The position numbers and the translations under genes are program-made. DNA of 64,000 nucleotides from an uncultured Bacteroidales bacterium (GTDB lineage Bacteria; Bacteroidota; Bacteroidia; Bacteroidales; GWA2-32-17): assembly GCA_937960415.1 (NCBI GenBank), contig CALGPK010000009.1:16405-80404 (forward strand), given 5' to 3'. How positions within the stretch are numbered: position 1 is the stretch's first letter; every line of letters starts with the position of its first letter. Below are positions 44,622 to 54,216 of the stretch, in pieces. The notes beneath the pieces were generated by a model. That model saw only the letters and a list, made by a program, of their open reading frames with translations. It searched no databases and was not told the origin of the DNA.

Positions 44622-46777
44622 GGTTCTTTGATACTGAAAACATAATTAAAATCGCCTATTAACTTTATGTTAAGTGAATAATCGCTGTAAATTCTAACGT
44701 GTTGATTAGCTGGTAATGTGCTGAAATTGGCCTTAATCAGAAAATATCGGGCATTTAAAATTCGTTTGAGTTTATCGGGGGTAAATGGCAAATTGTTTTT
44801 TGCCACCGAAGGCTTATCGACCTTATTAGTTTGCATATTGATGGTGCCGGCAGTTATTTTTATGGGTATTGAATGCAACGAGTCATACATAACTTTATTC
44901 GAATCGAGAGCATAAATAGAGACATCGGCTTCGATGGGAAAATAATTTTTGGAATGTACAACTATACTGCCGTTTTGAATGTTTTTTACATCAACTTTGT
45001 TAAGGTCAACTTTTACTGTGTCGATAAGTTGCAACTTATTAGCCGATAGCGACAACGGAACTTCGGCATTGAGCGAAACAGAAATTCCATCACCATAATA
45101 CAAAAAGTCGGTAGCCAAAGCAGGCGAAGGCAACGGAACCAGATCGTTAAGCTTAAGTTTTAAGGCATAAGTTAAGTGATTGGGCAGTAAGCTTATTAAG
45201 TCGTTTATGTTTGAATTTTGATGGTTGATATGTAACGTATTGATAGTTGGTGTAACATCTATTTGTGTATTTGCCGGGTCGCTGGGTTTTTCGATGGTCA
45301 AAGGGGTGCTTAAAACACTTCCCTGTAATGATTCTGAAAGGTTTTGTTGAGTGTTTTTAGCAATCAATTTTTGTATGTATGCTTTGGCTATGGTGCCAAT
45401 CTGGTTTTCTATGGTTAGCGAAAAATGTGCCTGATCGAAATGTAATCCGTTTGCTTCTATATTTTTGAACACCGAAATCAAGATATTGCTGTCGATATTT
45501 ACTTCTTTGTAGCCAAAAAATCCTTTTATGTAATCGGGTGTGAGATGTAAAAATTGACATTTTACCAATATGCTATCGTTTTTAGTAAGGATAACGAATT
45601 GTCCGGTAGAATCAATAGAGGCACTTAGATTATAGTAAAGCGAGTTGACGGTATCGGGATCGATGATATGATTGTTGTTTAAATCGCCCTGAATAACTTC
45701 GAATTCGTGAATACCTCTGAATTTAATACGATATTGGCTTAAATCGATTTGCGTTTGTACGTGTGCGGTCGTTTGACCGTAAGCAGCAGGAATGGTTATT
45801 TGCAGTTGCAAGGGTTGTCCGTTCTTTTTAGCAGCAGGAAGACTAAAATTGAGATGTATGTTTTGGCTAATGGTATTGAAAAATTCTAATTTCATGATCC
45901 CCGAACGTATCCATAATTCGGAAATTTGTAAACTGTCGGGAAGCGAAAAACGCAAAACATCGTTGTACTTTATCAATTCCTGTGCAGGGAAACGTGCTAC
46001 TGCCGAGTCTATTTGTAAGTTTTTGATGCTTATAATGGCTGTTGCCGATTGATTGGTATCAATCACTACCGGTGTCATACTGCCGGGCGATGATACATTA
46101 AAAAATGCCAACAATAAACTGTCCAGTGCAACATTATTAAGTGTAACCGACCGTGTTTGTTGTGAGTTTGGGAGAATTATCGGAAATGCATCATTAATTA
46201 GAACTTCTTGTGTGGAAGATTTTTGCAATGTAAATGCAATACTGGTAAGTGCTATGGGTAGCTGATTATTTATGGTTATTTCCAAAGTTGCTTCATTTAT
46301 GTATATGTATTTAAAATAATTGCCCATATTTACCTGAATATTATCGTATTCGTAAGGTCCAAAACTTTGAAGTTGAGTAGGTTGTCCTGTATTATGTGCT
46401 GTTATAATAGCTGTATATATTGGACTTGAACTTCCGTTTAGTTCCTTATCTTTTAAAGCAATACTCCCCATCGAAACTCTATAATTATATGAGAGTGTGC
46501 TTAACGACAAATTGTTTAAACTGGCACTGTAATAGAAACTGGTATCTTTCAGTTGAATAAGAGTGTCAAGCACAAAATGAGGTAATTTTGATTGATATAC
46601 CAGCGAAACGGTCTGATCGTTGTTCAATTGATATAAGCTATCTGGAAGTAGATTATCGATATTTAAATTGGTAAAGGCAAGTGGTAGTAAAATATCGGCA
46701 TCCCACGATGGTTTAATATCTTCTTTTTGGCACGAAAAAAGTAATAATAAAATAACAAAATAAACAAAGTATTTCAT
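44618..46777 (-). CDS. Large putative surface/periplasmic lipoprotein, unknown function
   Basis: 719 aa. MKYFVYFVILLLLFSCQKED is a lipoprotein signal with an acidic region after the Cys. Beta-rich and polar (N/S/T/Q-rich). No catalytic motif recognised. Confidence 0.7.
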   Translation of the reverse strand: MKYFVYFVILLLLFSCQKEDIKPSWDADILLPLAFTNLNIDNLLPDSLYQLNNDQTVSLVYQSKLPHFVLDTLIQLKDTSFYYSASLNNLSLSTLSYNYRVSMGSIALKDKELNGSSSPIYTAIITAHNTGQPTQLQSFGPYEYDNIQVNMGNYFKYIYINEATLEITINNQLPIALTSIAFTLQKSSTQEVLINDAFPIILPNSQQTRSVTLNNVALDSLLLAFFNVSSPGSMTPVVIDTNQSATAIISIKNLQIDSAVARFPAQELIKYNDVLRFSLPDSLQISELWIRSGIMKLEFFNTISQNIHLNFSLPAAKKNGQPLQLQITIPAAYGQTTAHVQTQIDLSQYRIKFRGIHEFEVIQGDLNNNHIIDPDTVNSLYYNLSASIDSTGQFVILTKNDSILVKCQFLHLTPDYIKGFFGYKEVNIDSNILISVFKNIEANGLHFDQAHFSLTIENQIGTIAKAYIQKLIAKNTQQNLSESLQGSVLSTPLTIEKPSDPANTQIDVTPTINTLHINHQNSNINDLISLLPNHLTYALKLKLNDLVPLPSPALATDFLYYGDGISVSLNAEVPLSLSANKLQLIDTVKVDLNKVDVKNIQNGSIVVHSKNYFPIEADVSIYALDSNKVMYDSLHSIPIKITAGTINMQTNKVDKPSVAKNNLPFTPDKLKRILNARYFLIKANFSTLPANQHVRIYSDYSLNIKLIGDFNYVFSIKEP

Positions 46778-46855
46778 AATATAAAGACGTACGAAGATAA
46801 TGAAAAGTTGTAATACAGCTTTAATAAAAAAGTATTAAATCGAGTATAAAATCGT

Positions 46856-46863
46856 TATCTTTG
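46856..46863 (+). promoter_or_regulatory. Candidate -7 box (TAtcTTTG) for pheT
   Basis: 16 nt upstream of the ATG at 46880. Confidence 0.45.
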
Positions 46864-46879
46864 CTGCAAATATTGGAAA

Positions 46880-49324
46880 ATGAAAATTTCATATAATTGG
46901 TTAAAACGATACCTTTGCATAGATTTATCACCAGAGAGAATTGCTGAAATATTAACCGGAATAGGTCTGGAAGTAGAAGCCTTAGAGGTTTACGAAAGTG
47001 TAAAAGGTGGTTTAAATAATATGGTAGTAGGGCATGTGGTGGATTGTGTAAAACATCCAAACGCCGATAAATTATGGTTAACCAAAGTAGATGTAGGCAA
47101 TGGGAGCCTGTTAGAAATTGTTTGTGGAGCTCCAAATGTAGCAAAAGGACAGAAAGTGCCCGTTGCATTGGTAGGTGCTAAAATATACAAAGGCAATGAT
47201 TCGTTCGTGATTAAAGAAACAACGATACGAGGTATTCGATCGCAAGGAATGATTTGTGCCGAAGATGAAATTGGTTTGGGGACATCGCACGACGGTATTT
47301 TAGTGCTCGATGATAGCCTTAAGCCCGGAACACCGTTGAAGCAAATTTTTTCGGTCTACGAAGATGTGATTTTTGAAATAGGATTAACTCCTAATCGTAT
47401 AGATGCGGCTTCGCATTATGGAGTTGCCCGCGATTTAGCGGCTTATTTACAACACGAAAGCCCCGTTATCTTAGAAAAACCGGTACTCAAACAGATAGAA
47501 CAAGCAACAGAATCATTGCCCATCGAAATTATTGTAGAAAACAACGAAGCATGCCCTCGATATACAGGACTGGTAATTCGCGATGTGGAAGTGAAAGATT
47601 CCCCCGAATGGATTAAAAATTATTTGCTAGCAATAGGACAACGACCGATTAACAATGTTGTCGATATTACCAATTTTGTACTACACGAAATGGGGCATCC
47701 TTTGCATGCATTTGATTACGAAAAAATTAAGGGGCAAAAAGTGGTAGTGCGTACGTTTCCGGAGGGAACGCCTTTCGTTACGCTCGATGGGGTAGAACGT
47801 AAGCTATCGGACGAAGATTTAATGATAGCCAATGCCGAAGAACCAATGTGCATGGCTGGTATTTTTGGTGGTGCCGAAAGTGGTGTTTCTTCATTTACTC
47901 GCCACATTTTTTTAGAAAGTGCATATTTTAATCCTGTATGGATACGAAAATCTGCTCGTCGTCATGGGCTTTCTACCGACTCATCGTTTCGATTTGAACG
48001 TGGTGCCGATATTAATCAAACCATTTATGCTCTGACACGAGCTGCCAATCTAATTGTTAAAATTTGTGGTGGTAAAGTAGCTTCGCCCATAATAGATGTT
48101 TATCCCCAAAAAATTCAACCGGTAACTATCGAATTGGAATATACGTTTGTTGATGAAGTAATAGGGAAGACTATTCCCAAAAAAATCATCAAAGAGATAT
48201 TACATTCGCTCGAAATAACCATACTTGCCGAAAAAGAAAAAAGCTTGTTGCTCGAAATTCCTACGTATCGTGTAGATGTTACCAGGCCTATTGATGTGGT
48301 TGAAGAAATTCTTAGGATTTATGGTTTCAATTCGGTAGAAATATCTGAAAAATTCAATTCAAGCATTAATTATTCAGATAAAAACCGACAGGAAGAATGG
48401 CAAAATAGCATAGCCGATTTTTTAGTTGCTAATGGTTTTTATGAGATAATGACCAATTCGCTAACTAAGCGTTCTTATTACGAAGATAACGACGAGTATC
48501 CACTTCACAATTGTGTGCATATAATGAATCCACTCAGTCAAGATTTGTCGGTGTTGCGGCAGAATCTGTTATATTCTGGTTTGGAAGCTGTTGTTTACAA
48601 TATTAATCGTCAACAAAGCGATTTGAAATTGTTCGAATTTGGTAATTGTTATATTTTGCCAGAGCCATCAAAAAACGAAAAAACAGAGCATTACTATGAA
48701 GAAAAAAAACTGGCTTTGTTTGTAACTGGTCATGTTTCACCTCAATCGTGGGTAGAAATTCAACGTCATAGTACGTATTATTTTTTAAAACGTTGGGTAG
48801 ATGGCATTTTTAAAAGATTGAATATAAAAGTTAATGCTATTTCTGATGTTCAATCCTCGCATTATGAATATGGCTTATGTTATTTTAATAGCAATACATT
48901 ATTGGCTAAGTTTGGAAAGTTGTCAAACAAGCTTTTGCAACGTTTTCAAATAAAACAAGATGTTTACTATGCCGAAATAAACTGGAATACGCTTGTTCGT
49001 ATAGCTTCAAAACAAGGATTATATTTTTCCGAATTACCCAAATTCCCAGCAGTTAGAAGAGACCTTGCTATGATTTTAGATGCTGGTACAGCATATTGGC
49101 AACTTGAACAAATAGCTTACAAAACATGTGGATCAATACTTAAAGAAGTCAATTTGTTTGATGTTTACGAAGGCGAAAATATTGGTGCAGGTAAAAAATC
49201 TTATGCATTGAGTTTTATATTACAATCTAACGAGAAAACATTGACCGATGTCGAAATAAACGATATTATGCAACAGCTTATGGAGGCTTATACAAAAGAA
49301 GTAGGTGCTGTTATTCGAATGTAG
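46880..49324 (+). CDS. pheT: Phenylalanine--tRNA ligase beta subunit
   Basis: MKISYNWLKRYL N-terminus, tRNA-binding OB domain, B3/4, B5 and FDX-ACB domains in canonical order. 814 aa. Confidence 0.95.
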   Translation: MKISYNWLKRYLCIDLSPERIAEILTGIGLEVEALEVYESVKGGLNNMVVGHVVDCVKHPNADKLWLTKVDVGNGSLLEIVCGAPNVAKGQKVPVALVGAKIYKGNDSFVIKETTIRGIRSQGMICAEDEIGLGTSHDGILVLDDSLKPGTPLKQIFSVYEDVIFEIGLTPNRIDAASHYGVARDLAAYLQHESPVILEKPVLKQIEQATESLPIEIIVENNEACPRYTGLVIRDVEVKDSPEWIKNYLLAIGQRPINNVVDITNFVLHEMGHPLHAFDYEKIKGQKVVVRTFPEGTPFVTLDGVERKLSDEDLMIANAEEPMCMAGIFGGAESGVSSFTRHIFLESAYFNPVWIRKSARRHGLSTDSSFRFERGADINQTIYALTRAANLIVKICGGKVASPIIDVYPQKIQPVTIELEYTFVDEVIGKTIPKKIIKEILHSLEITILAEKEKSLLLEIPTYRVDVTRPIDVVEEILRIYGFNSVEISEKFNSSINYSDKNRQEEWQNSIADFLVANGFYEIMTNSLTKRSYYEDNDEYPLHNCVHIMNPLSQDLSVLRQNLLYSGLEAVVYNINRQQSDLKLFEFGNCYILPEPSKNEKTEHYYEEKKLALFVTGHVSPQSWVEIQRHSTYYFLKRWVDGIFKRLNIKVNAISDVQSSHYEYGLCYFNSNTLLAKFGKLSNKLLQRFQIKQDVYYAEINWNTLVRIASKQGLYFSELPKFPAVRRDLAMILDAGTAYWQLEQIAYKTCGSILKEVNLFDVYEGENIGAGKKSYALSFILQSNEKTLTDVEINDIMQQLMEAYTKEVGAVIRM

Positions 49325-50444
49325 CTAAATCTTTCAGCACGATGAATTTTTCAGAAAACTTAAGCAGAATACCGTACGAAAAATCGAAATAGCCACGTTG
49401 ATAATCGTAATAACAAGCAAATTGAACGTAAATCGGACATTGTTTAATTGATTTATAGCTATACTGTACTTTTAGCAAAATTAGATTTTTTTGTGGTTCT
49501 TGATAATTTACATATTTTTTCGAAAGTGATTGATAAAGGGGTTCGCCGAGTGGAGCCACGTAATACTCTCCAAACCAGTATCCGGCAATGATTTGCCATG
49601 ATCTCGACTGAAAGTATGTGTTGGAATAAATTCCGTAACCGTCTGTATAGCGTAGTATTTTATTGTCCGATACATCATTGAATTGAACATAGTAGCTTTG
49701 TATGCCCACTAAGTGATGGTTATTTTTAAACGCCCAATCGGCTCCTAACGACCAGTTAAAGTAAGTTTGTAACGGAGATAAGCTTATTGTCCCTTGTCCG
49801 CCTTTGTGTTTAGCTACAAAGTTTACTGGAATTTTTATACCTGAGCCATTGCTTGTTTTGTATAGCTGAACAGAAGAGCTATTACCAATTACAAATTCTT
49901 CTTTAAATTCCTCACCCGGTAGAATAAATTTTTGCCAGTTTAACCATAAATCGCTTTTTATGTTTTTTGAATTGTATAAGAATTGTAAACCCGATTCAGG
50001 ATTTTGAAAGTAAAAATTATCGAGGCTATATATTGGTTCTATGACTTTATGTTGGTCATGTCCGTATGTGTGTCCCATAACTAATTGGACATTAGGGCTC
50101 AATTGATATTGTAAACGGTAAAATATCTGATTTATGTATAATTGCTTTCGTCCATTAAAAATCCGTCCATACCAACCTATTGATAAGGCAATATTCCGAT
50201 GGGGCTTATAAATAATATAAGGATTAGCATTGCTACCTATAAAAGTTATTCCATCGTATAATTCATTGAAGTATTCGTTATTTCTTAGAAAGGATTGCAT
50301 TTTTAAATTTAAATAAATATTTTTGGCTTTTAAACAGGTATCGTTATAATGTTCAATTTCAGTAGTATCTAATAAAAACTGAGCGCTTGAATAGTTTAAA
50401 AAACAAATAATAAATAAAAACAGTATAGAAAATCTACCATTCAT
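49311..50444 (-). CDS. Putative outer-membrane beta-barrel protein, unknown function
   Basis: 377 aa with signal peptide (ILFLFIICFLNYSSAQ). Y/W/G-rich alternating strand pattern. Confidence 0.62.
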   Translation of the reverse strand: MNGRFSILFLFIICFLNYSSAQFLLDTTEIEHYNDTCLKAKNIYLNLKMQSFLRNNEYFNELYDGITFIGSNANPYIIYKPHRNIALSIGWYGRIFNGRKQLYINQIFYRLQYQLSPNVQLVMGHTYGHDQHKVIEPIYSLDNFYFQNPESGLQFLYNSKNIKSDLWLNWQKFILPGEEFKEEFVIGNSSSVQLYKTSNGSGIKIPVNFVAKHKGGQGTISLSPLQTYFNWSLGADWAFKNNHHLVGIQSYYVQFNDVSDNKILRYTDGYGIYSNTYFQSRSWQIIAGYWFGEYYVAPLGEPLYQSLSKKYVNYQEPQKNLILLKVQYSYKSIKQCPIYVQFACYYDYQRGYFDFSYGILLKFSEKFIVLKDLATFE

Positions 50445-50569
50445 TACGCAAAAATAGTTTTTTAGTCTTATTTTTAAAAAAAATTAAAAACAAACGCAAC
50501 ATTTTTGAAATTTATTCGTCTAATTAAGAAAACTTTAATATTTTCGCATAATATTTTAATAATTAAAAT

Positions 50570-51349
50570 ATGGAAATTCCTAGTAAATCAATTATTGTTC
50601 CTGTTGATTTCACCGAAAAAGCCGAGTATGCATTTCAGCATGCCATCATTATGTCGAAGTATGTAAACAGGGAAATTGTTATTTTGCATATCATAAAAAA
50701 AGATGCTGAACGCCCTCAGGCTTTAGTACGGCTTGAAGATTGGGGAAAACAAATGGAACAAAAATATCAGTACAAGTCGATACCAATTATCAAAAAGGGC
50801 GATATTTTTAAAGGTATAAAAACTACAGCCATTGAGATAAACGCTTTGATGATTATTATGGGATTGCACAATCCCAAACGAGCCATGAAAACCATTGTTG
50901 GCTCTAATATTCCTTTCTACTTGGTTCAAGAACAACCATATCGTGAAAAAATTATCGATGTTGTAGTGCCTTTCGATTACAATGAAAAAGCACGTGTTCA
51001 AATCAATTGGGTTATTCTACTATCTAAATATTTTCAATGTAACATTAATATTTTAAAACCATTTATCGAGAGCAATTACAAAAACGAGAAAATGAAGAAA
51101 AACATGTATTTTATTAAAAAAATGCTCGATGATAGAGAAGTTATTTACGGCGTTAGAACAGCCAAAAGAGGCGCTAAATTTAATGAAGCTATTTACGACT
51201 TTGCTAAAGAAATCAATGCTGATTTGATATTTATTATGTCATACGATTTTAAAAAGTTTATTCTCAAAGCCTCTAAGTTTGGGATGAAAGTACCGGTATT
51301 ATGTATCAATCCGGCAACTAATACAACTATTCTGCCGGGTAAATACTAA
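50570..51349 (+). CDS. Universal stress protein-family protein (tandem USP-like halves)
   Basis: 259 aa. Two halves begin IIVPVDFTEKAEYAF and VVVPFDYNEKARVQ, a USP-like alpha/beta pattern. The ATP-binding G-x2-G-x9-G-S/T motif is not obvious. Confidence 0.7.
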   Translation: MEIPSKSIIVPVDFTEKAEYAFQHAIIMSKYVNREIVILHIIKKDAERPQALVRLEDWGKQMEQKYQYKSIPIIKKGDIFKGIKTTAIEINALMIIMGLHNPKRAMKTIVGSNIPFYLVQEQPYREKIIDVVVPFDYNEKARVQINWVILLSKYFQCNINILKPFIESNYKNEKMKKNMYFIKKMLDDREVIYGVRTAKRGAKFNEAIYDFAKEINADLIFIMSYDFKKFILKASKFGMKVPVLCINPATNTTILPGKY

Positions 51350-51726
51350 CTATTTTGAAAAAATAATTCTTTATTGACAATAGCACGTCGGTGAGTGCCT
51401 TCTCCAATTTTTCCTTTGCTGTCAAATGCTTCTACATTGAAGGTTATTTTGTTTTTAACTATTTCTATAATTTCGCATTTGCAAGTAACGATATCGCCAA
51501 TATGAGTGGCTTTTAAATGTTTGATGCACACTTCAATGCCAACCGAAACCTCTGTTTGCTCGAGATAGGGCAGCAACAACTCGTTGCATGTTTGCTCCAT
51601 AAAGGCTATCATAGCAGGTGTACTAAACACATCTACAAGACCAGAACCATACACTATTGCACTGTGTTTTGGTTCAACAGTCATCTTTTTTTCAAAAACA
51701 ATGCCTTGGCCAAGGTTTGTTCTCAT
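51346..51726 (-). CDS. Hotdog-fold thioesterase (FlK/PaaI-like)
   Basis: 126 aa. VFSTPAMIAFME ... G..V...H.(K)AT..G pattern of the small thioesterase family. Confidence 0.72.
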   Translation of the reverse strand: MRTNLGQGIVFEKKMTVEPKHSAIVYGSGLVDVFSTPAMIAFMEQTCNELLLPYLEQTEVSVGIEVCIKHLKATHIGDIVTCKCEIIEIVKNKITFNVEAFDSKGKIGEGTHRRAIVNKELFFQNS

Positions 51727-52316
51727 ATTTCTTCATTAAACGGATTTTCGTAAACAGTTACTCCGGGCAGTTTTTCGTGTGTGGCAGCAAGGTAGTTACC
51801 AGATAAATTGCGTAACATAATGTACGTAAGAATATCAAAGCCCGAAAAAAATAACCAAATACTGCTTAAAACAAGCCATTCTGAATGGTTACAACAGTAT
51901 GCTAGCCAAATCACTTGAAGCAAAATGAACGAAGGCAATATGAGTAGTAATTTGTAATAACCTATTTTTATAGGGTATTTGCTTTCGACATAAGGCATAA
52001 GCGTATGAATAGAAAAGCCTGCTTTAATAGCTGTCCATTTAACTTTAGCAAGCCTGTTAAGAATGAGGCTTTTAATGGCTTCTTGCAAGATTAATCCACC
52101 AAATAATACAGGTATAAAGAATTCGACATGAAAGATGCTTTTTTCTATTGCTGTTTTAAGAAATGTCCATTGATGATAAATGAGTCGCAAAGCCAATGAG
52201 TGAAGACAAAACCAACTAATAGCCCCAAAAAAAGAATATAAGTATCCTTTTTGTGAGCTAAATATAAGTTCTTTTTTGAAAAAATACTCTTCACTATGGT
52301 CAATATCATTGTTCAT
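51723..52316 (-). CDS. Four-helix membrane protein, possibly DUF3267 (putative zincin) family with degenerate metal motif
   Basis: 197 aa with 4 hydrophobic helices. Where DUF3267 has HExxH, this protein has LQEAIKS. Family assignment is from memory and weak. Confidence 0.55.
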   Translation of the reverse strand: MNNDIDHSEEYFFKKELIFSSQKGYLYSFFGAISWFCLHSLALRLIYHQWTFLKTAIEKSIFHVEFFIPVLFGGLILQEAIKSLILNRLAKVKWTAIKAGFSIHTLMPYVESKYPIKIGYYKLLLILPSFILLQVIWLAYCCNHSEWLVLSSIWLFFSGFDILTYIMLRNLSGNYLAATHEKLPGVTVYENPFNEEI

Positions 52317-52349
52317 AAAGAAAAAACTGCCTCACCCATATAGGCAGTT
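52317..52349 (-). terminator. Rho-independent terminator after the acyl-CoA dehydrogenase gene
   Basis: Plus strand reads aaaaaAACTGCCTcacccatatAGGCAGTT. This is an 8-bp stem and, on the minus strand, is followed by a T-run. Confidence 0.7.
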
Positions 52350-52354
52350 GATGA

Positions 52355-54136
52355 TTAAAAGTTATAGTAATTGTTTTCTATCAATCGATTTGCAATTCTT
52401 CGACGTGCTTCTTTCGCGTTGATAGGTTCGAATTGAGTGAGGTTTTGAATAGCCTTGTATAGTTTTTGAAACTCGTTGTTCGATGCAAACGAAGTAATAG
52501 CATTAATGCCACTGTTGTATATTTCGAGTGCAGCCTCTTGTATAAATGCGTCGAGCACATCTATATAAACCGACAATTCTTCGGATGACTTGAGTTTGGA
52601 TAATTTTTTAACTCTTAAATAAAGCGATTCTGCTACAAATAGTTGTATGATCATATCGGCAATGTTCATCATTACTTCCTGTTCGGTAGAATATTGCTTG
52701 CCCAGTGTTTCGTATGCACAGTATTGAGTTAAGATAACGGCCTTTTTAAAATTTTCGATGATAGCAGCTTTTTTGTCAAAATAATCGCCTTCAAGAGAAG
52801 GACCTACAATTTGATCAATATTGTTGTAGAGTTCTTTTGCTATATTAAAAATAGGTGAGTCGCATTTTTTGGCAAGTTTAAGATACTGATCGGCTACTAC
52901 CAAACGGTTGATTTCGTTAGTTCCTTCAAATATACGATTAATTCGTGAATCGCGATAACAACGATCGACTGGCATTTCGGCAGAGTAGCCCATACCTCCA
53001 TGTATTTGTACAGCTTCGTCAACAATGTAATCGAGCGCCTCTGAGCCAAAAACTTTTAGTATAGCAGCTTCCATTGCATATTCGCCCAATGCTTCGAGGT
53101 AGGCTTCTTCTTTCTTTTTGCCTTTCGAAACCTCTTCATTTATTTTTTCGTCAACATAAGCAGATGTACGGTATAGTGCCGACTCATTAGCAAGGGTTTT
53201 AATAACTTGTTCGGCAAGTTTGTATTTAATTGCTCCGAAATTGCTGATGAGCGTTCCGAATTGTTTACGTTCGTTGGCATATTGTACCGAATGGTTTATG
53301 GCACGTTTCATAGAGCCAATCACATTAGCACCGAGTTTAATGCGACCAATATGTAGAATGTTTAGGGCAATTCGAAAACCTTCGCCACGTTTGCCAATCA
53401 TGTTTTCTACGGGTATTTTGCAGTCGTTAAAAAATATCTGAACGGTGGACGACCCTTTAATGCCCATTTTGTGTTCTTCGGCTCCGAATGTAACACCGGG
53501 AGTATTGCGTTCGACCAGAAAGCAGCTTAAGATCTTATCGTTATCTACTTTGGCAAAAACGGTTAGTAAATCGGCAAATCCACCGTTGGTTATCCACATT
53601 TTTTGTCCATTGAGTATATAATGTTTACCATCTTCGGACAATGTGGCACGTGTTCTACCGCTGTTGGCATCAGATCCGGCTCCCGGTTCGGTTAAGCAGT
53701 AAGCAGTAAGCAATTCGCCTGAAGCAATTCGGGGTAAATATTTTTGTTTTAATTCCTCGCTGCCATAATACAACAAAGGTAAGGCTCCAATACCAGTATC
53801 GGCAGAGTAAGCTACTGCATAAGAATGACCAGCACCAAGAACATCGGCGGCTATCATCGATGTAACGAAAGACTGACCAAAACCACCATATTCTTCGGGA
53901 ATGGATAAACCTAGCAAACCAAGTTCACCGGTTTTTTTTAATAAACTAACCATCAGCCCTTTTTCTTGTGCGTCTATGCGATCGAGATTCGGAAATACTT
54001 CTTTTTCGAGAAAATCTTTACACATATCTGCAATCATTCGTTGCTCTTCAGTAAATTCCTCAGGAATAAAAGCATTTGAATTTTTTACCGAGTGTACTAA
54101 AAATTCGCCGCCTTTTAAATGATTTTTAATTTCCAT
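52355..54136 (-). CDS. Acyl-CoA dehydrogenase family protein (long, ~590 aa form)
   Basis: The three ACAD domains are recognisable (CLTEPGAGSD, WITNGG, IHGGMGY, RIFEGTNEI) plus a C-terminal extension. The ATG at 54136 was chosen because a -7 box at 54164..54171 lies inside the longer ORF-track version. Confidence 0.9.
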   Translation of the reverse strand: MEIKNHLKGGEFLVHSVKNSNAFIPEEFTEEQRMIADMCKDFLEKEVFPNLDRIDAQEKGLMVSLLKKTGELGLLGLSIPEEYGGFGQSFVTSMIAADVLGAGHSYAVAYSADTGIGALPLLYYGSEELKQKYLPRIASGELLTAYCLTEPGAGSDANSGRTRATLSEDGKHYILNGQKMWITNGGFADLLTVFAKVDNDKILSCFLVERNTPGVTFGAEEHKMGIKGSSTVQIFFNDCKIPVENMIGKRGEGFRIALNILHIGRIKLGANVIGSMKRAINHSVQYANERKQFGTLISNFGAIKYKLAEQVIKTLANESALYRTSAYVDEKINEEVSKGKKKEEAYLEALGEYAMEAAILKVFGSEALDYIVDEAVQIHGGMGYSAEMPVDRCYRDSRINRIFEGTNEINRLVVADQYLKLAKKCDSPIFNIAKELYNNIDQIVGPSLEGDYFDKKAAIIENFKKAVILTQYCAYETLGKQYSTEQEVMMNIADMIIQLFVAESLYLRVKKLSKLKSSEELSVYIDVLDAFIQEAALEIYNSGINAITSFASNNEFQKLYKAIQNLTQFEPINAKEARRRIANRLIENNYYNF

Positions 54137-54163
54137 TTGAATTTTTTTTTTACGTTTCTGGCA

Positions 54164-54171
54164 CAAAGTTA
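54164..54171 (-). promoter_or_regulatory. Candidate -7 box (TAacTTTG) for the acyl-CoA dehydrogenase gene
   Basis: Plus strand reads CAAAGTTA, 27 nt upstream of the ATG at 54136. Confidence 0.45.
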
Positions 54172-54216
54172 TAAATTTTTAATAGATACGATATGCAATC
54201 AGATACATGCAAGACG

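Noticed and set aside
46821-47168. 115-aa minus-strand ORF overlapping the pheT start and promoter
   Set aside because: It overlaps a canonical pheT N-terminus and its -7 box. The sequence is L/H-rich and shows no features.
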